From a virus (lineage: Duplodnaviria; Caudoviricetes), in the IMG/VR virus record IMGVR_UViG_3300032274_000001, positions 1-64,000 of that record: a DNA stretch of 64,000 bases; one strand, written 5' to 3'. Position numbers and translations under genes: made by a program. Shown in pieces: positions 18,234-26,961 of the stretch. Below the pieces are notes generated by a model. That model was not told where the DNA came from. It was given only the letters and a program-made list of their open reading frames with translations, and searched no databases. The number at the start of each line of letters is the position of its first letter. Position 1 is the first letter of the stretch.

Positions 18234-19554
18234 CCCCTGGACGACGATCCTGAACCCATCGACGGCGCAGCATGGGTTCTACAACCTGACCGACGCAGAC
18301 GGCGCGCCTCGCACTCAGTTCCTCAAGATCCACAACCCATACGGGTTGAGCTGGGACGCGGACGGCGGGGCTATCCCGAAGGTCACCGTGCACCTGTCGT
18401 TCTGGAATTCAGACTGCTCGCACCGGGTCAACGTCTCCAGGTGCATCACCCTCAACGACGTCGACATCATCGACCTGACGGCCATCGACAACGGACTGAG
18501 CACCGTCGATCTGTCAGGGTCGTTCGGCATGTGGACGGCGACCGCGTACGAGACCGACGACGCATGCACCGACGTCGTCTCTGCCCGCACCGCTGGCCGG
18601 GACCTCCGGCTCGCGAACCCCGGGCTCTTCGTCACCTACGCCAACTCGAACCTCCGGACGACATCCACGGGCGGCACCAACGCCATCGGGAATTTCGTCG
18701 ATCCGACCGGGGAGTTCATCGACCTGCCTGACTTCGAGCTGGAGGAGATCAACCTCGGAGTCTACCGCCCGGACACGTTGCTCAGCGAAGACCCGGTGAC
18801 GGGAGAGCTACGGGGCGAGGCGTTCTTCATCGGCTGGGTGCTTCAGGAGAATGCCGGCCGGGAGATTGGCGAGCTCGGGCCGCCCCGCAACGGCGTTGCT
18901 CGAGCGGCGGTCGAGGCGTTCGACACGCTGGAGATCCCGACGTCCCTGGCCGACGTGACCACCGAGTGCGTGTTCCTGGGGTCGCTGGACCCGTCGATCG
19001 CGTCTAGCCCCGATCGGGCCAACTCCCTGCGGAACATCGAGTCGGCGTTGACGCTCAAGCTCCGAGACCTGCGCATCACACGAGAGAACGCCGACGGCAC
19101 GGTGACCACGTCTGCGATCGGCTACGACACGTTCACCTACGGGATTGCTATCATGGGCCTCGGCGCGTTCGGCGTGAGCGACTATGCCGTGTATCCCGTG
19201 CCGGGCACTACAGGGAAGGTGACACCAGCCCCGGACCCGTCCCCTACGCCCACAATCGACCTCTCTGACCCGACCCCGGTCGCCCCTGAGCCTACCCCTA
19301 CCCCGGGGCCTAGCGCCTCTCCTGAGCCATCTGAGGCCCCCACGCCGACGCCTACGCCCAACTGTAGCTTCAGCCCTCTCCCGGAGGGGTGCCCGACGCC
19401 GACTCCGGCCATGTGTCGGGTGCTGGATCAGCAGGTCAACGTGCTGTGCTCGGCGTGCGTGTTCGGCTTCGACTGCTCGACCGGGGCTTGCGTATGCAAC
19501 CCGGCGCCGAACCCGACCCCGACAGCGACCCTGACGCCGACCCCGAGCCCATGA
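18151..19554 (+). CDS. Secreted protein with Pro-Thr linkers and Cys-rich C-terminus
   Basis: Signal peptide MDRLKKVLSGLCLVSAMAWPSTA, AAGGAG RBS, PTPTP tracts. Confidence 0.75.
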   Translation: MDRLKKVLSGLCLVSAMAWPSTAQTQDDPWTTILNPSTAQHGFYNLTDADGAPRTQFLKIHNPYGLSWDADGGAIPKVTVHLSFWNSDCSHRVNVSRCITLNDVDIIDLTAIDNGLSTVDLSGSFGMWTATAYETDDACTDVVSARTAGRDLRLANPGLFVTYANSNLRTTSTGGTNAIGNFVDPTGEFIDLPDFELEEINLGVYRPDTLLSEDPVTGELRGEAFFIGWVLQENAGREIGELGPPRNGVARAAVEAFDTLEIPTSLADVTTECVFLGSLDPSIASSPDRANSLRNIESALTLKLRDLRITRENADGTVTTSAIGYDTFTYGIAIMGLGAFGVSDYAVYPVPGTTGKVTPAPDPSPTPTIDLSDPTPVAPEPTPTPGPSASPEPSEAPTPTPTPNCSFSPLPEGCPTPTPAMCRVLDQQVNVLCSACVFGFDCSTGACVCNPAPNPTPTATLTPTPSP

Positions 19555-20039
19555 GTCACCCGCTGGACCGGTGGCACGACCTGATTGTGGAGTCTGCTGA
19601 GGAGTACGGCCTAGACCCGATGCTCCTGGGCGGGCTGGTCATGCAGGAGAGCTCTGGCGACGAGTGGGCCGTCCGGCCCGAGTTGGGGTTTTTCCGCAGG
19701 TACCAGGCGGGGATTATGAGGTTCGTGCGTCGGACGAAAACCAAGACCGACGACCGGTGGACCCGGTACCCGGAGTTTTACTCGGCCAGCTACGGGCTCT
19801 GCCAGGTGCTTCTGCAGGTGGCCATGGAGAACGGCTGGCACATGCGGCGGTTCCCAACCGAACTCCTAGAGCCTCGGGTGAATCTCCGACTCGGGGCCAA
19901 GATCCTGGCCAACCACATCGCCCGCTACCAGGGCGACGAGCGGCGAGGGCTGCTGCGCTTCAACGGAGGGGGCGACCCCCACTATCCAGACAAGATCTAC
20001 AGGCACCGCGATGCCTGGACCAAGGTGATTGGGGTCTAA
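19551..20039 (+). CDS. Endolysin, soluble lytic transglycosylase (SLT) family
   Basis: YGLDP.LL.GLV.QESSG catalytic Glu; YGLCQ; N...GA..L; FNGG...YPDK. Confidence 0.9.
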   Translation: MSHPLDRWHDLIVESAEEYGLDPMLLGGLVMQESSGDEWAVRPELGFFRRYQAGIMRFVRRTKTKTDDRWTRYPEFYSASYGLCQVLLQVAMENGWHMRRFPTELLEPRVNLRLGAKILANHIARYQGDERRGLLRFNGGGDPHYPDKIYRHRDAWTKVIGV

Positions 20040-20128
20040 GCGCATGTTCCAAAAAGGCACACCCGGAATCATTTGCCTGACCCCTAGGCGGCCGTGTACG
20101 CCACTATGGCGGGTGTAGGGGTCGCCCG

Positions 20129-20452
20129 ATGACGGTACGTCAAAAGATTGAGGGTCTGATGCCTAGGAACGAACCTACACTTGAAAGCCTGACGTTTGCC
20201 GTCACGTCCAACCGATGGGTAATCGGGGGTCTCGCTGCAGCCGGCGCGTGGTTCATCTCTAGCATCACGGGGCAGCTCAATGAGGTCGCTCGCACCGTCG
20301 AGCAAATCAACCTGAACGTGGTCGAGGTGCAGAAGGACACGGGAGCGATTCGCTCTGATGTCAGGCGAATCGACCGAGTAGGCACGGAAGCGCTTTCCGG
20401 TCACCTCAGAACCCCCGTGGATGACGCACACCGTCCGCCGCGAGGGTCCTAG
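20129..20452 (+). CDS. Membrane protein with coiled coil (holin/spanin-like)
   Basis: One TM (WVIGGLAAAGAWFI) followed by heptads; follows endolysin. Confidence 0.5.
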   Translation: MTVRQKIEGLMPRNEPTLESLTFAVTSNRWVIGGLAAAGAWFISSITGQLNEVARTVEQINLNVVEVQKDTGAIRSDVRRIDRVGTEALSGHLRTPVDDAHRPPRGS

Positions 20453-20458
20453 AGGCCG

Positions 20459-20761
20459 ATGAAGGTTAGCGAGATCCTCGCCGCTGGGGGCGGGCTGGTG
20501 GTTCTCCTGGGCCTGGTGGAGTGGCAGGTGTCTCGGGCCATGGACGAGCCTGCTGCGGTGGAGGAGCGGGTCACCGCCCACCATGAGGCCGACATGGCCC
20601 GGTCTCGGGAGATGGCCACGGAGCGGGAGCAGCGATCTCGGGAGCGGGCTACGTGGTTCCGGCGAGAGCACGAGCGCAAGGCCGACCAGCTGGACAGGAT
20701 CGAAGAGACACTTCAGCGTATGCTCATGGGCAACGGGGGCCCGAGGAGTCGAGAGCAATGA
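20459..20761 (+). CDS. Membrane-anchored coiled-coil protein (i-spanin-like)
   Basis: N-terminal TM plus charged helical domain. Confidence 0.5.
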   Translation: MKVSEILAAGGGLVVLLGLVEWQVSRAMDEPAAVEERVTAHHEADMARSREMATEREQRSRERATWFRREHERKADQLDRIEETLQRMLMGNGGPRSREQ

Positions 20762-21078
20762 AGCGATCGCACGGAGTCTTGGCTATGGCGTCTGTGGCGT
20801 ACGCTGTGCTGGGCTTACAGGGATGCTCCCGTCACACCGCCTACCGGGCTGCGGTCCTGCAGGAGGCCGCCTCCACGGTGTGCCAGGAGCGCTACTGCGC
20901 CGGCTACGGCGGAGAGGGACAGCCGTTGCTCGTCGAGTGCGAGCACCACGCAGACCTGGTGCCGTTGTGTCAGGAGGAAGAGGTGCGGAGGTTGGAAGCG
21001 GCGGCAGCGGCCAAGGACGGCACCGCCAAGGGTACCCTCGGGTGGTTGCTCGAGACGGCTATCGGGGCGCTGTTCTAG
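20758..21078 (+). CDS. Lipoprotein (o-spanin-like)
   Basis: MKRSH..hydrophobic..LQGC lipobox; extra Cys. Confidence 0.6.
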   Translation: MKRSHGVLAMASVAYAVLGLQGCSRHTAYRAAVLQEAASTVCQERYCAGYGGEGQPLLVECEHHADLVPLCQEEEVRRLEAAAAAKDGTAKGTLGWLLETAIGALF

Positions 21079-21083
21079 GACCC

Positions 21084-21608
21084 ATGCCTCAGCTGCGCTG
21101 GCGGCCCCTCATCGAGCACCTCGGCCCCCGGGCGGTAGTGGTGACGGGGTCCATGCGGGTGTCGATCCACTCCGCCTCTGGGGAGATCCTGGGCGTCGAG
21201 GAGAAGCACCCCGGCGTGCCCTACCGGGTGGATTGGCAGGAGTTCCACGACCGGTGCGAGGAGGCGGGCTACGAGCCGCCCCCGTACATCCGAGAGTTGA
21301 TCCGGGATTACGAGGTGCCGGTCGGGATGGTCTCGGACGGGTCGTCGGTGCCGAGACCGTTCTGGCCTGTCGCGCGGCCGTTCGGCGAGACGCTGATCGC
21401 GGCAATTCTGCACGACCCGTGGTTCAAGCTGGGCGTTGATGGGAGGGGCCGGGTGATTGACCGGTGCACCGCCGACGATGGATACCTCTACACGACCATC
21501 GCGGATGGCGTGTGGGAGCCGAAGTGCCTAGCCATGCGAGGGGGCTTGCGTGTGGGTAGTTGGGTAGCATGGAACAGGTACCGTAGACTCGAAGGGGATC
21601 AGGCATGA
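21084..21608 (+). CDS. DUF1353-like protein
   Basis: VPVGMVSDGSSVPRPFW...PFG....AAILHD. Confidence 0.75.
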   Translation: MPQLRWRPLIEHLGPRAVVVTGSMRVSIHSASGEILGVEEKHPGVPYRVDWQEFHDRCEEAGYEPPPYIRELIRDYEVPVGMVSDGSSVPRPFWPVARPFGETLIAAILHDPWFKLGVDGRGRVIDRCTADDGYLYTTIADGVWEPKCLAMRGGLRVGSWVAWNRYRRLEGDQA

Positions 21609-21805
21609 CTCAGGCGGCAGGCAATCTCACGAAGCGCATCACCGGGGACAAGATCACGTCCATCATCGGCATACTGACGGCGGCGTTGACGCAGATCGTT
21701 CCAGAGGTGCTGCCCGCGGATTGGCAGACGGTAGGGCTGCAACTGGTCGGGGCCGCGTCGGGTGTCGCCCTGATCTTCTCCGGCGACAAGTCGAAGACCG
21801 ACTAG
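21605..21805 (+). CDS. Small 2-TM holin-like protein
   Basis: Two hydrophobic helices, charged C-terminus; end of lysis cassette. Confidence 0.6.
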   Translation: MTQAAGNLTKRITGDKITSIIGILTAALTQIVPEVLPADWQTVGLQLVGAASGVALIFSGDKSKTD

Positions 21806-22071
21806 GGGTGGCGTAGGGCCCTCTCTACGAGGGCTTCTACCGGGCACAGCTGGTCGTGGCGGTGCCCCTCCCCGGCCCGATGGTCCAAGCCGCGACACTC
21901 CCGGTAGACGACTCGGGAGAGTGCCTCGCGGAGGCGGCGTGCGGCCCGTGCTTCCGCCACGAGCGCGTCTCGTTCCTCGGGGTTGAGCAGCACGACCTCG
22001 GAGGCTTCTGGGTGACAGGAAGCGGGGTCCGTGGGGTACGACGCGATGCGGTCGAGGTCCGTGTCGGTCAT
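21802..22071 (-). CDS. Hypothetical protein
   Basis: Its stop shares CTAG with the convergent holin stop. Confidence 0.5.
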   Translation of the reverse strand: MTDTDLDRIASYPTDPASCHPEASEVVLLNPEERDALVAEARAARRLREALSRVVYRECRGLDHRAGEGHRHDQLCPVEALVERALRHP

Positions 22072-22075
22072 TGGC

Positions 22076-22303
22076 CTAGTGCCCCTTCTCTGCCGCTGAC
22101 GTGTGGGTCATCCCTTTTCCGATTGTCGGATTGTGGACGGGGCAATCGTTCGGGCCATCGACCCGACCCCCCTTGTACCAGTAGCAGGTGCAGCCCTTCT
22201 CTCGTGCGGCGTCCTTGGCCTTCGCCAGCAGGCCAACCCAGAGCACCTTCAGGAACCACTTGAGTACGAAGTACAGGCACACCGCCCAGAGTGGGATTGT
22301 CAT
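22076..22303 (-). CDS. Small TM protein with Cys motif
   Basis: N-terminal TM; CTC...CPVH. Confidence 0.5.
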   Translation of the reverse strand: MTIPLWAVCLYFVLKWFLKVLWVGLLAKAKDAAREKGCTCYWYKGGRVDGPNDCPVHNPTIGKGMTHTSAAEKGH

Positions 22304-22318
22304 CTCTTGGGTTTCTCC

Positions 22319-23014
22319 TCAGAGCAGCGGAAGCTGCGGGTCTTGGGGGAGTGCTCCACGCTCGCGGAGTTCCATGCGCTTGAGCACTCCGTACCATCGG
22401 GAAGGCGGGGGCGGTGATCCACCGAGGCTGATCAAGCCGTGATCGTTTCGCAGGATAGCGATAGCCAGGGCCCGCCAAGAGGGCGCCAGGTTGCGCCTCT
22501 CAAGCTCCGGCGGCACCTCTTGGGGCATCCCCTCGGGGTACCCCCGAGACTCCCAAAGGCGAGCGTAGGCCCTCACGCGGGCATGTAGGCCCACGCCACC
22601 GAAGGTCTGGCCGTTCGGGGATGAGGCCTCTCCCGAGCTCAGTGAGAATCCCCGACTGGTGCTCCACTTGTGTAGGGCTCGGGCTGCTTCGGCGTTGGCT
22701 GCCCGCTGTTGATCGGGGCTCAGCAGGTGGAACCCGCCTCGGTACTTGGCGGGCACTCCGGTAGCGATGCACATGGAAGCTTGTCCGAGCCAGGCGATAC
22801 GGTTGGAGCTGGAGTTGGAGAGGAAGTGCTCGCACGAGACGGGCCACTTGGCGAGGACTTGCTGTAGAGCGGACTGAAACCGTGGCAGGTCTTGGAGGAA
22901 GTCGCAGTAGGCTTGCTTGGCCTCGTCGCTCGACATCCCCGCAGGGGGCGCCTCGGCGTACATGCCAGCGGGGACGCACTCCCACGCTGTCCAAGGGTGG
23001 TAGATTCGGGCCAT
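22319..23014 (-). CDS. IbrAB-associated protein with an IbrA C-terminal-like module
   Basis: RIYHPW..WE...GMY N-domain; C-terminal SWRALAIAILRNDH..LG matches IbrA SWKRFAITILKNDH..LG. Confidence 0.75.
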   Translation of the reverse strand: MARIYHPWTAWECVPAGMYAEAPPAGMSSDEAKQAYCDFLQDLPRFQSALQQVLAKWPVSCEHFLSNSSSNRIAWLGQASMCIATGVPAKYRGGFHLLSPDQQRAANAEAARALHKWSTSRGFSLSSGEASSPNGQTFGGVGLHARVRAYARLWESRGYPEGMPQEVPPELERRNLAPSWRALAIAILRNDHGLISLGGSPPPPSRWYGVLKRMELRERGALPQDPQLPLL

Positions 23015-23026
23015 GGTCAGGGCTGC

Positions 23027-23968
23027 CTAGCCGACTTCCTCGAACTGCTCGTCTTCCTCTGCGGCAGAAAGCTCTGCCTCCCAGGAGTCGGAAAAGTCGC
23101 TGTTCTCGAACAGGGCGGCGATGCCGGTGATCTGCTTCATGCGCAGGAGTTCATCTGCGCTCATGCCGATGTGACTGCAGATCCACCGGTCGCCCTTGCC
23201 CATCTCGACGAGCTCGGCAACGATCGCCGACATCAGCTCGATGTTATGAGAGCCCCGGGCCCGGTTGTGACGAATCGTGGACGCCATCCGGTCGCTCAGG
23301 TTCTTGTCGATGACCACGCAGGGCAAGCACCCGTTCTCCCGCTCCCGGATCTCAGCATTCTGCTTGAGGATGAGGAACCGGTGGAAGCCATCGACGACGA
23401 TGTACCGGTCGGACTCCTGGTCGTAGAATGTGACGACTGGTTGCGTGTAGCCGTCTGCTTCGATCGACACGCGCAGTAGCTCCATCTCGGGCGGCGCAAC
23501 GGCATTGGGGTTGTAGTCGTTGGCCTGGATCTTATCGATGGGAACGGGCCGCACGTCGTAGACGGGAGATCGGGTGGGCCGCTCCGGGGCCGGGTAGGAG
23601 CCGTTGTCGTCGTGGACTTCCCTGCCCGTGACGGGAGGGTTGAACACGGAGATAAGCGTCACGTCCGTCAGGGCTTGGAACGTGTGCGGGTCGTTCTCGT
23701 CCAGGACGTAAGTGTCGCCGGGGACGATGGTCCACTCGTCGCCTGTGGCCTCGCTACGCAGGATGCCCTTGCCGGCGATGCAATGGCAGGCCTCCTGGTG
23801 GTGCTTGTAGTGCCACCGCTGTGGAGCCCCCTGGGGAATCTCTGTGCGGTGCATGGAGAAGCCCAGGCCATCGGCGGCAAGCACGGGGCGGAAGCTGGTG
23901 AAGCCGCCCTGTGGGCACTGGACTTCGCGGTCGCTGCCCTCAAGCGAGGAGTGGCGTATCACTTTCAT
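23027..23968 (-). CDS. ibrB: EctC-type cupin fused to IbrB (ParB/Srx domain)
   Basis: aa 1-126: DGLGFSMH..HYKHHQEA..VFNPPVTGREVHD..GSYP; then SPVYDV..ANDYNPN.VAPPEM.LL..SI..DGYTQP..DGFHR. Confidence 0.9.
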   Translation of the reverse strand: MKVIRHSSLEGSDREVQCPQGGFTSFRPVLAADGLGFSMHRTEIPQGAPQRWHYKHHQEACHCIAGKGILRSEATGDEWTIVPGDTYVLDENDPHTFQALTDVTLISVFNPPVTGREVHDDNGSYPAPERPTRSPVYDVRPVPIDKIQANDYNPNAVAPPEMELLRVSIEADGYTQPVVTFYDQESDRYIVVDGFHRFLILKQNAEIRERENGCLPCVVIDKNLSDRMASTIRHNRARGSHNIELMSAIVAELVEMGKGDRWICSHIGMSADELLRMKQITGIAALFENSDFSDSWEAELSAAEEDEQFEEVG

Positions 23969-25292
23969 CGGCGGGCTTCTCCTTCTGCTGAATGGGTAGG
24001 TCTTTGTACTTGGCCATGATGGCCTTCTGTCGTGCCATCTGCTCCTGAGATGGGGCGAGTCCGAGGTACTTGCAGGTGTGGTCGTTCTTCAGAATCGTGA
24101 TGGCAAATCGCTTCCACGACGCCACCATGCCGGGGTTGGTCTTGAGCATGTCGCAATGGTCGGGGAAGCGTTGGATGCGAACGCGCCGCAGGGTCTTGTT
24201 GCCGTGAGAGGTGAGGCCGTTGAGCTTGAACGGGATGCCATGCTGCTCGAGCTGCTCGATGATCTCGTCGGGGAGTCCGCGGCCCAACCTTCCCCAGACC
24301 TTGAACGACTGGATGAACCGCCTACGAAAATTTGCCGCCACCCCCTCGGGGAGCGTGTCGAGTAGGAACTTGACGAACGACTTCCAGGTGTGGCCCTCGG
24401 GGAGTTTGAAGCTGCGGTAGCCGAGCTGCTTGCCGTAGGTGGCGACGAAGTTGGCGCCCTGGACGCGCGCGCAGAGCTTCGCCCACACGGGCGGGTCGAT
24501 CACGCGGTACAGGTTAAGGCTCGACTTCGACTCACTCATGAACGGCGAGGCAACGCGCATCTTCCCCAGCGGAACATTGGCTCGGTAGAAGATGTCGTAG
24601 AGGCGGTTGTACTCCCACTCGAATCGAGCGTTGGCGATCCAGACATCCTCGGTGCGCCAGTCGTAGACCGGGTACACGTTGAACACGTTGGGCCCGTTGC
24701 GCTTGGTCCACATCCGCCCGCCGAGGGTTTCCTTGCGGGGGTTCATGATGGCGCGGAAGCGGTTGAGGCTCTCAGCGGTCCTGATGCCAATGACACAGGC
24801 TGTGCGTTCGCCCTGTGAGTACCACTCGCCGAACTGGTCCCAGAAGTCCTCGTAGGACATGTCCTCCCGGAAGAAATCGAACGGGTGGTTGCCCATGTGG
24901 ACGATGTAGTCCTGCTCAGGAAGAGGACGGATCCAGCGCTCGCGATCAGACTCGCCCCAGCACTGCCACTCGACATCGTAGGCACTGACCGTGCACGGCA
25001 GAGTGATTGGCATGCAGCACCAGTAGACGTCGAGGAGGTCGAGGTTTTTGCCCAAAATGCTGTGCATGAACTGGAGGCTGATCTCGTAGTTCGCCTCGTT
25101 GTCCAGGATCATGACGCCGATCTTCTTGGTGATGCCATGCTTGCGCATGTAGTCGAGGAAGAGATTGAGAACGACGCCAGAGTCCTTGCCGCCGGAGAAC
25201 GAGACGTAAATCCGGGGGAAGTTCTCGAACAGCCAGCCGATGCGCTCCATGGCGGCGTCGTAGACGTTGAGGTCGGGGTTGTAGGCTCTCAT
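23940..25292 (-). CDS. ibrA: IbrA-like PAPS-reductase/PP-loop + DUF3440 protein
   Basis: SFSGGKDS PP-loop; GIRTAESLNRFRAI; YPVYDW..EDVW; MRVASPF. Confidence 0.9.
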   Translation of the reverse strand: MRAYNPDLNVYDAAMERIGWLFENFPRIYVSFSGGKDSGVVLNLFLDYMRKHGITKKIGVMILDNEANYEISLQFMHSILGKNLDLLDVYWCCMPITLPCTVSAYDVEWQCWGESDRERWIRPLPEQDYIVHMGNHPFDFFREDMSYEDFWDQFGEWYSQGERTACVIGIRTAESLNRFRAIMNPRKETLGGRMWTKRNGPNVFNVYPVYDWRTEDVWIANARFEWEYNRLYDIFYRANVPLGKMRVASPFMSESKSSLNLYRVIDPPVWAKLCARVQGANFVATYGKQLGYRSFKLPEGHTWKSFVKFLLDTLPEGVAANFRRRFIQSFKVWGRLGRGLPDEIIEQLEQHGIPFKLNGLTSHGNKTLRRVRIQRFPDHCDMLKTNPGMVASWKRFAITILKNDHTCKYLGLAPSQEQMARQKAIMAKYKDLPIQQKEKPADESDTPLLA

Positions 25293-25303
25293 GCCGGGCC
25301 AGT

Positions 25304-25327
25304 CGTAAACGCTACGAGCGGTTTACG
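25304..25327. promoter_or_regulatory. Operator-like inverted repeat CGTAAAC-N10-GTTTACG, 11 nt upstream of ibrA
   Basis: Perfect 7-bp arms; overlaps a possible TTGCGT-N17-TACGAC minus-strand promoter. Confidence 0.6.
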
Positions 25328-25337
25328 CAAGTCGTGG

Positions 25338-25676
25338 TCATAGTCGATGGTTCGTCTCGATATCTCGCAGTACGAGCATCCCCTGCGAGATCGCCAGAGC
25401 GACCGGGGCCAGCATCTGCGGGTGCACGGTGGAGCCGCCCGAGAGGACGTAGCCGCTCGCTGCAGAGCCGTCTTTGTCATCCTCGCGGGCCTCGACAACT
25501 AGGCGATAGAAGTGCGCCCCGATGGGCTTGCAGTAGACGGTGACGGTCTGGCCTCCGTCAGCACCCGGGTAGTGCGCGATCTGGTTCAGCTCGTGGGGTT
25601 CGTAGTCGCCATCCCCCCAGCACCAGTTACTACCGAAGGCGGCGATTTCCTCGTATGTCGGCGCGTTATCGTTCAT
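25338..25676 (-). CDS. Hypothetical protein
   Basis: Coupled ORF. Confidence 0.55.
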   Translation of the reverse strand: MNDNAPTYEEIAAFGSNWCWGDGDYEPHELNQIAHYPGADGGQTVTVYCKPIGAHFYRLVVEAREDDKDGSAASGYVLSGGSTVHPQMLAPVALAISQGMLVLRDIETNHRL

Positions 25677-25888
25677 CGCTTGGTCCCTTTCGCCGTGGTG
25701 GCTTTCTTTCGTTTGCGGTAGCCGGCCATGTACTCGCGGAGGTACTTCTTGCGGTCCTCGAGTCGAGACTCCTCGGCTCGGACTGCGTCACGGAACCGGG
25801 CTCGGAACTTTCGGGGGACGATCCCCAGGAGGGACTTGAGCTCGGCGAGGCTGAAGGAAAGGCGTTGCACTAGGGGGTCTCCTGCCAT
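25673..25888 (-). CDS. Small basic protein
   Basis: RKKYLREYMAGYRKRKK basic helix. Confidence 0.5.
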   Translation of the reverse strand: MAGDPLVQRLSFSLAELKSLLGIVPRKFRARFRDAVRAEESRLEDRKKYLREYMAGYRKRKKATTAKGTKR

Positions 25889-25922
25889 GCGTGAGACTCG
25901 ATGAGTTGGATGCCATCAGGCT

Positions 25923-26624
25923 TCATCGTGCTCTCGCGGATACGGTCTTGGTCGCGACGGCTTCGCAGCCGGGCCAGTTGAAGTCTTTCTTGGCGGCCTT
26001 GGCGGCCTGATTGATTGCCGTCTGATTCACCTGCAAGGCGTTCATTGGAACCTTGCCCTCGGAGACAGCCGTGACCAGGGCTTTCATGTCGGTGACTCGG
26101 CCCTTCCAGGTCGTACGGGTAGCCACCCCTTGGGGGCCCTTGGGGCGCTCCACAGCGGGCGCTACCGCAGGGGTAGACTCTGCCTCGGCGACCACCTCGG
26201 CGGCGCTCTCAGTGTCCCCTGAGGCTTCCAGGCGGGCTGCCTCGGCCTCTGCGGCTCGGAGTTGTTCCTTGCGGGCAGCCTCGGCGGCTTTGCGTTCCTC
26301 CTCGGCGATGCGGGCTTGCTCGGCTTCCTGCCAAGCGAGCATGGCGGACTTGAGGCCGGCTTCGGCTTGCTCGCCCTGTTCGCGCACCTGGGCCTTGAAG
26401 GCCCGGAGGTTGGCCGTGTGGGCGTTGGCTTCCTTGATGAGGGGGTCGAAGGCGGAGTCTACGCGCTTGAGCCACGGCTTCACGTCCTCGGTGAGGATAC
26501 GGCCGGCGTGCTCGTAGTCGTCGTGGGATTGGATCCCGGTGGCGCCCTCGGCGAGAGCCACCAAGTGGGTGGACTCCAGGGCGACGTCGGCGGGGGTGGA
26601 CTTGGCTTCGTGGGCGACGGTCAT
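25923..26624 (-). CDS. Gam/Gp157-like coiled-coil protein
   Basis: Long coiled coil; GVATRTTWKGRVTD..VP..L.VN..AI..PG C-terminus. Confidence 0.55.
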   Translation of the reverse strand: MTVAHEAKSTPADVALESTHLVALAEGATGIQSHDDYEHAGRILTEDVKPWLKRVDSAFDPLIKEANAHTANLRAFKAQVREQGEQAEAGLKSAMLAWQEAEQARIAEEERKAAEAARKEQLRAAEAEAARLEASGDTESAAEVVAEAESTPAVAPAVERPKGPQGVATRTTWKGRVTDMKALVTAVSEGKVPMNALQVNQTAINQAAKAAKKDFNWPGCEAVATKTVSARAR

Positions 26625-26637
26625 GCGGTTGGTCTCC

Positions 26638-26961
26638 TCAGTTTTTGCGACGACGCTTCTTCGGCTTGGCTGTCGTCGTAGGCGTTGCACTCGGTATCGG
26701 TGACGGCGTCACTTCGATGTACTTGTGCCCGGGGCAGATCCGCTCGCCCTTCACCTCTCGGCACTTCACATGGCTACCCAAGGCGATTATGTCTTGGTGA
26801 TGGGTCACGATGACCCCGTGAGCGTTCAGGATCGCCCGCTCTGCCACGTAGAGCCGGTAGGCTACTCCGCCCAGGGCGAGAGACAGCATGCCCATGCAGA
26901 GCCACACAGGGCCCCTGACGGGCCGACGCTTGGCGCGGTGCGGGTCTAGGAGGTCGGTCAT
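26638..26961 (-). CDS. Membrane protein
   Basis: One TM, PT-rich basic tail. Confidence 0.5.
   Translation of the reverse strand: MTDLLDPHRAKRRPVRGPVWLCMGMLSLALGGVAYRLYVAERAILNAHGVIVTHHQDIIALGSHVKCREVKGERICPGHKYIEVTPSPIPSATPTTTAKPKKRRRKN

Noticed and set aside
23591-23968. Ectoine biosynthesis auxiliary metabolic gene
   Set aside because: No ectA/ectB in the window and the domain is fused to IbrB; osmolyte synthesis is unsupported
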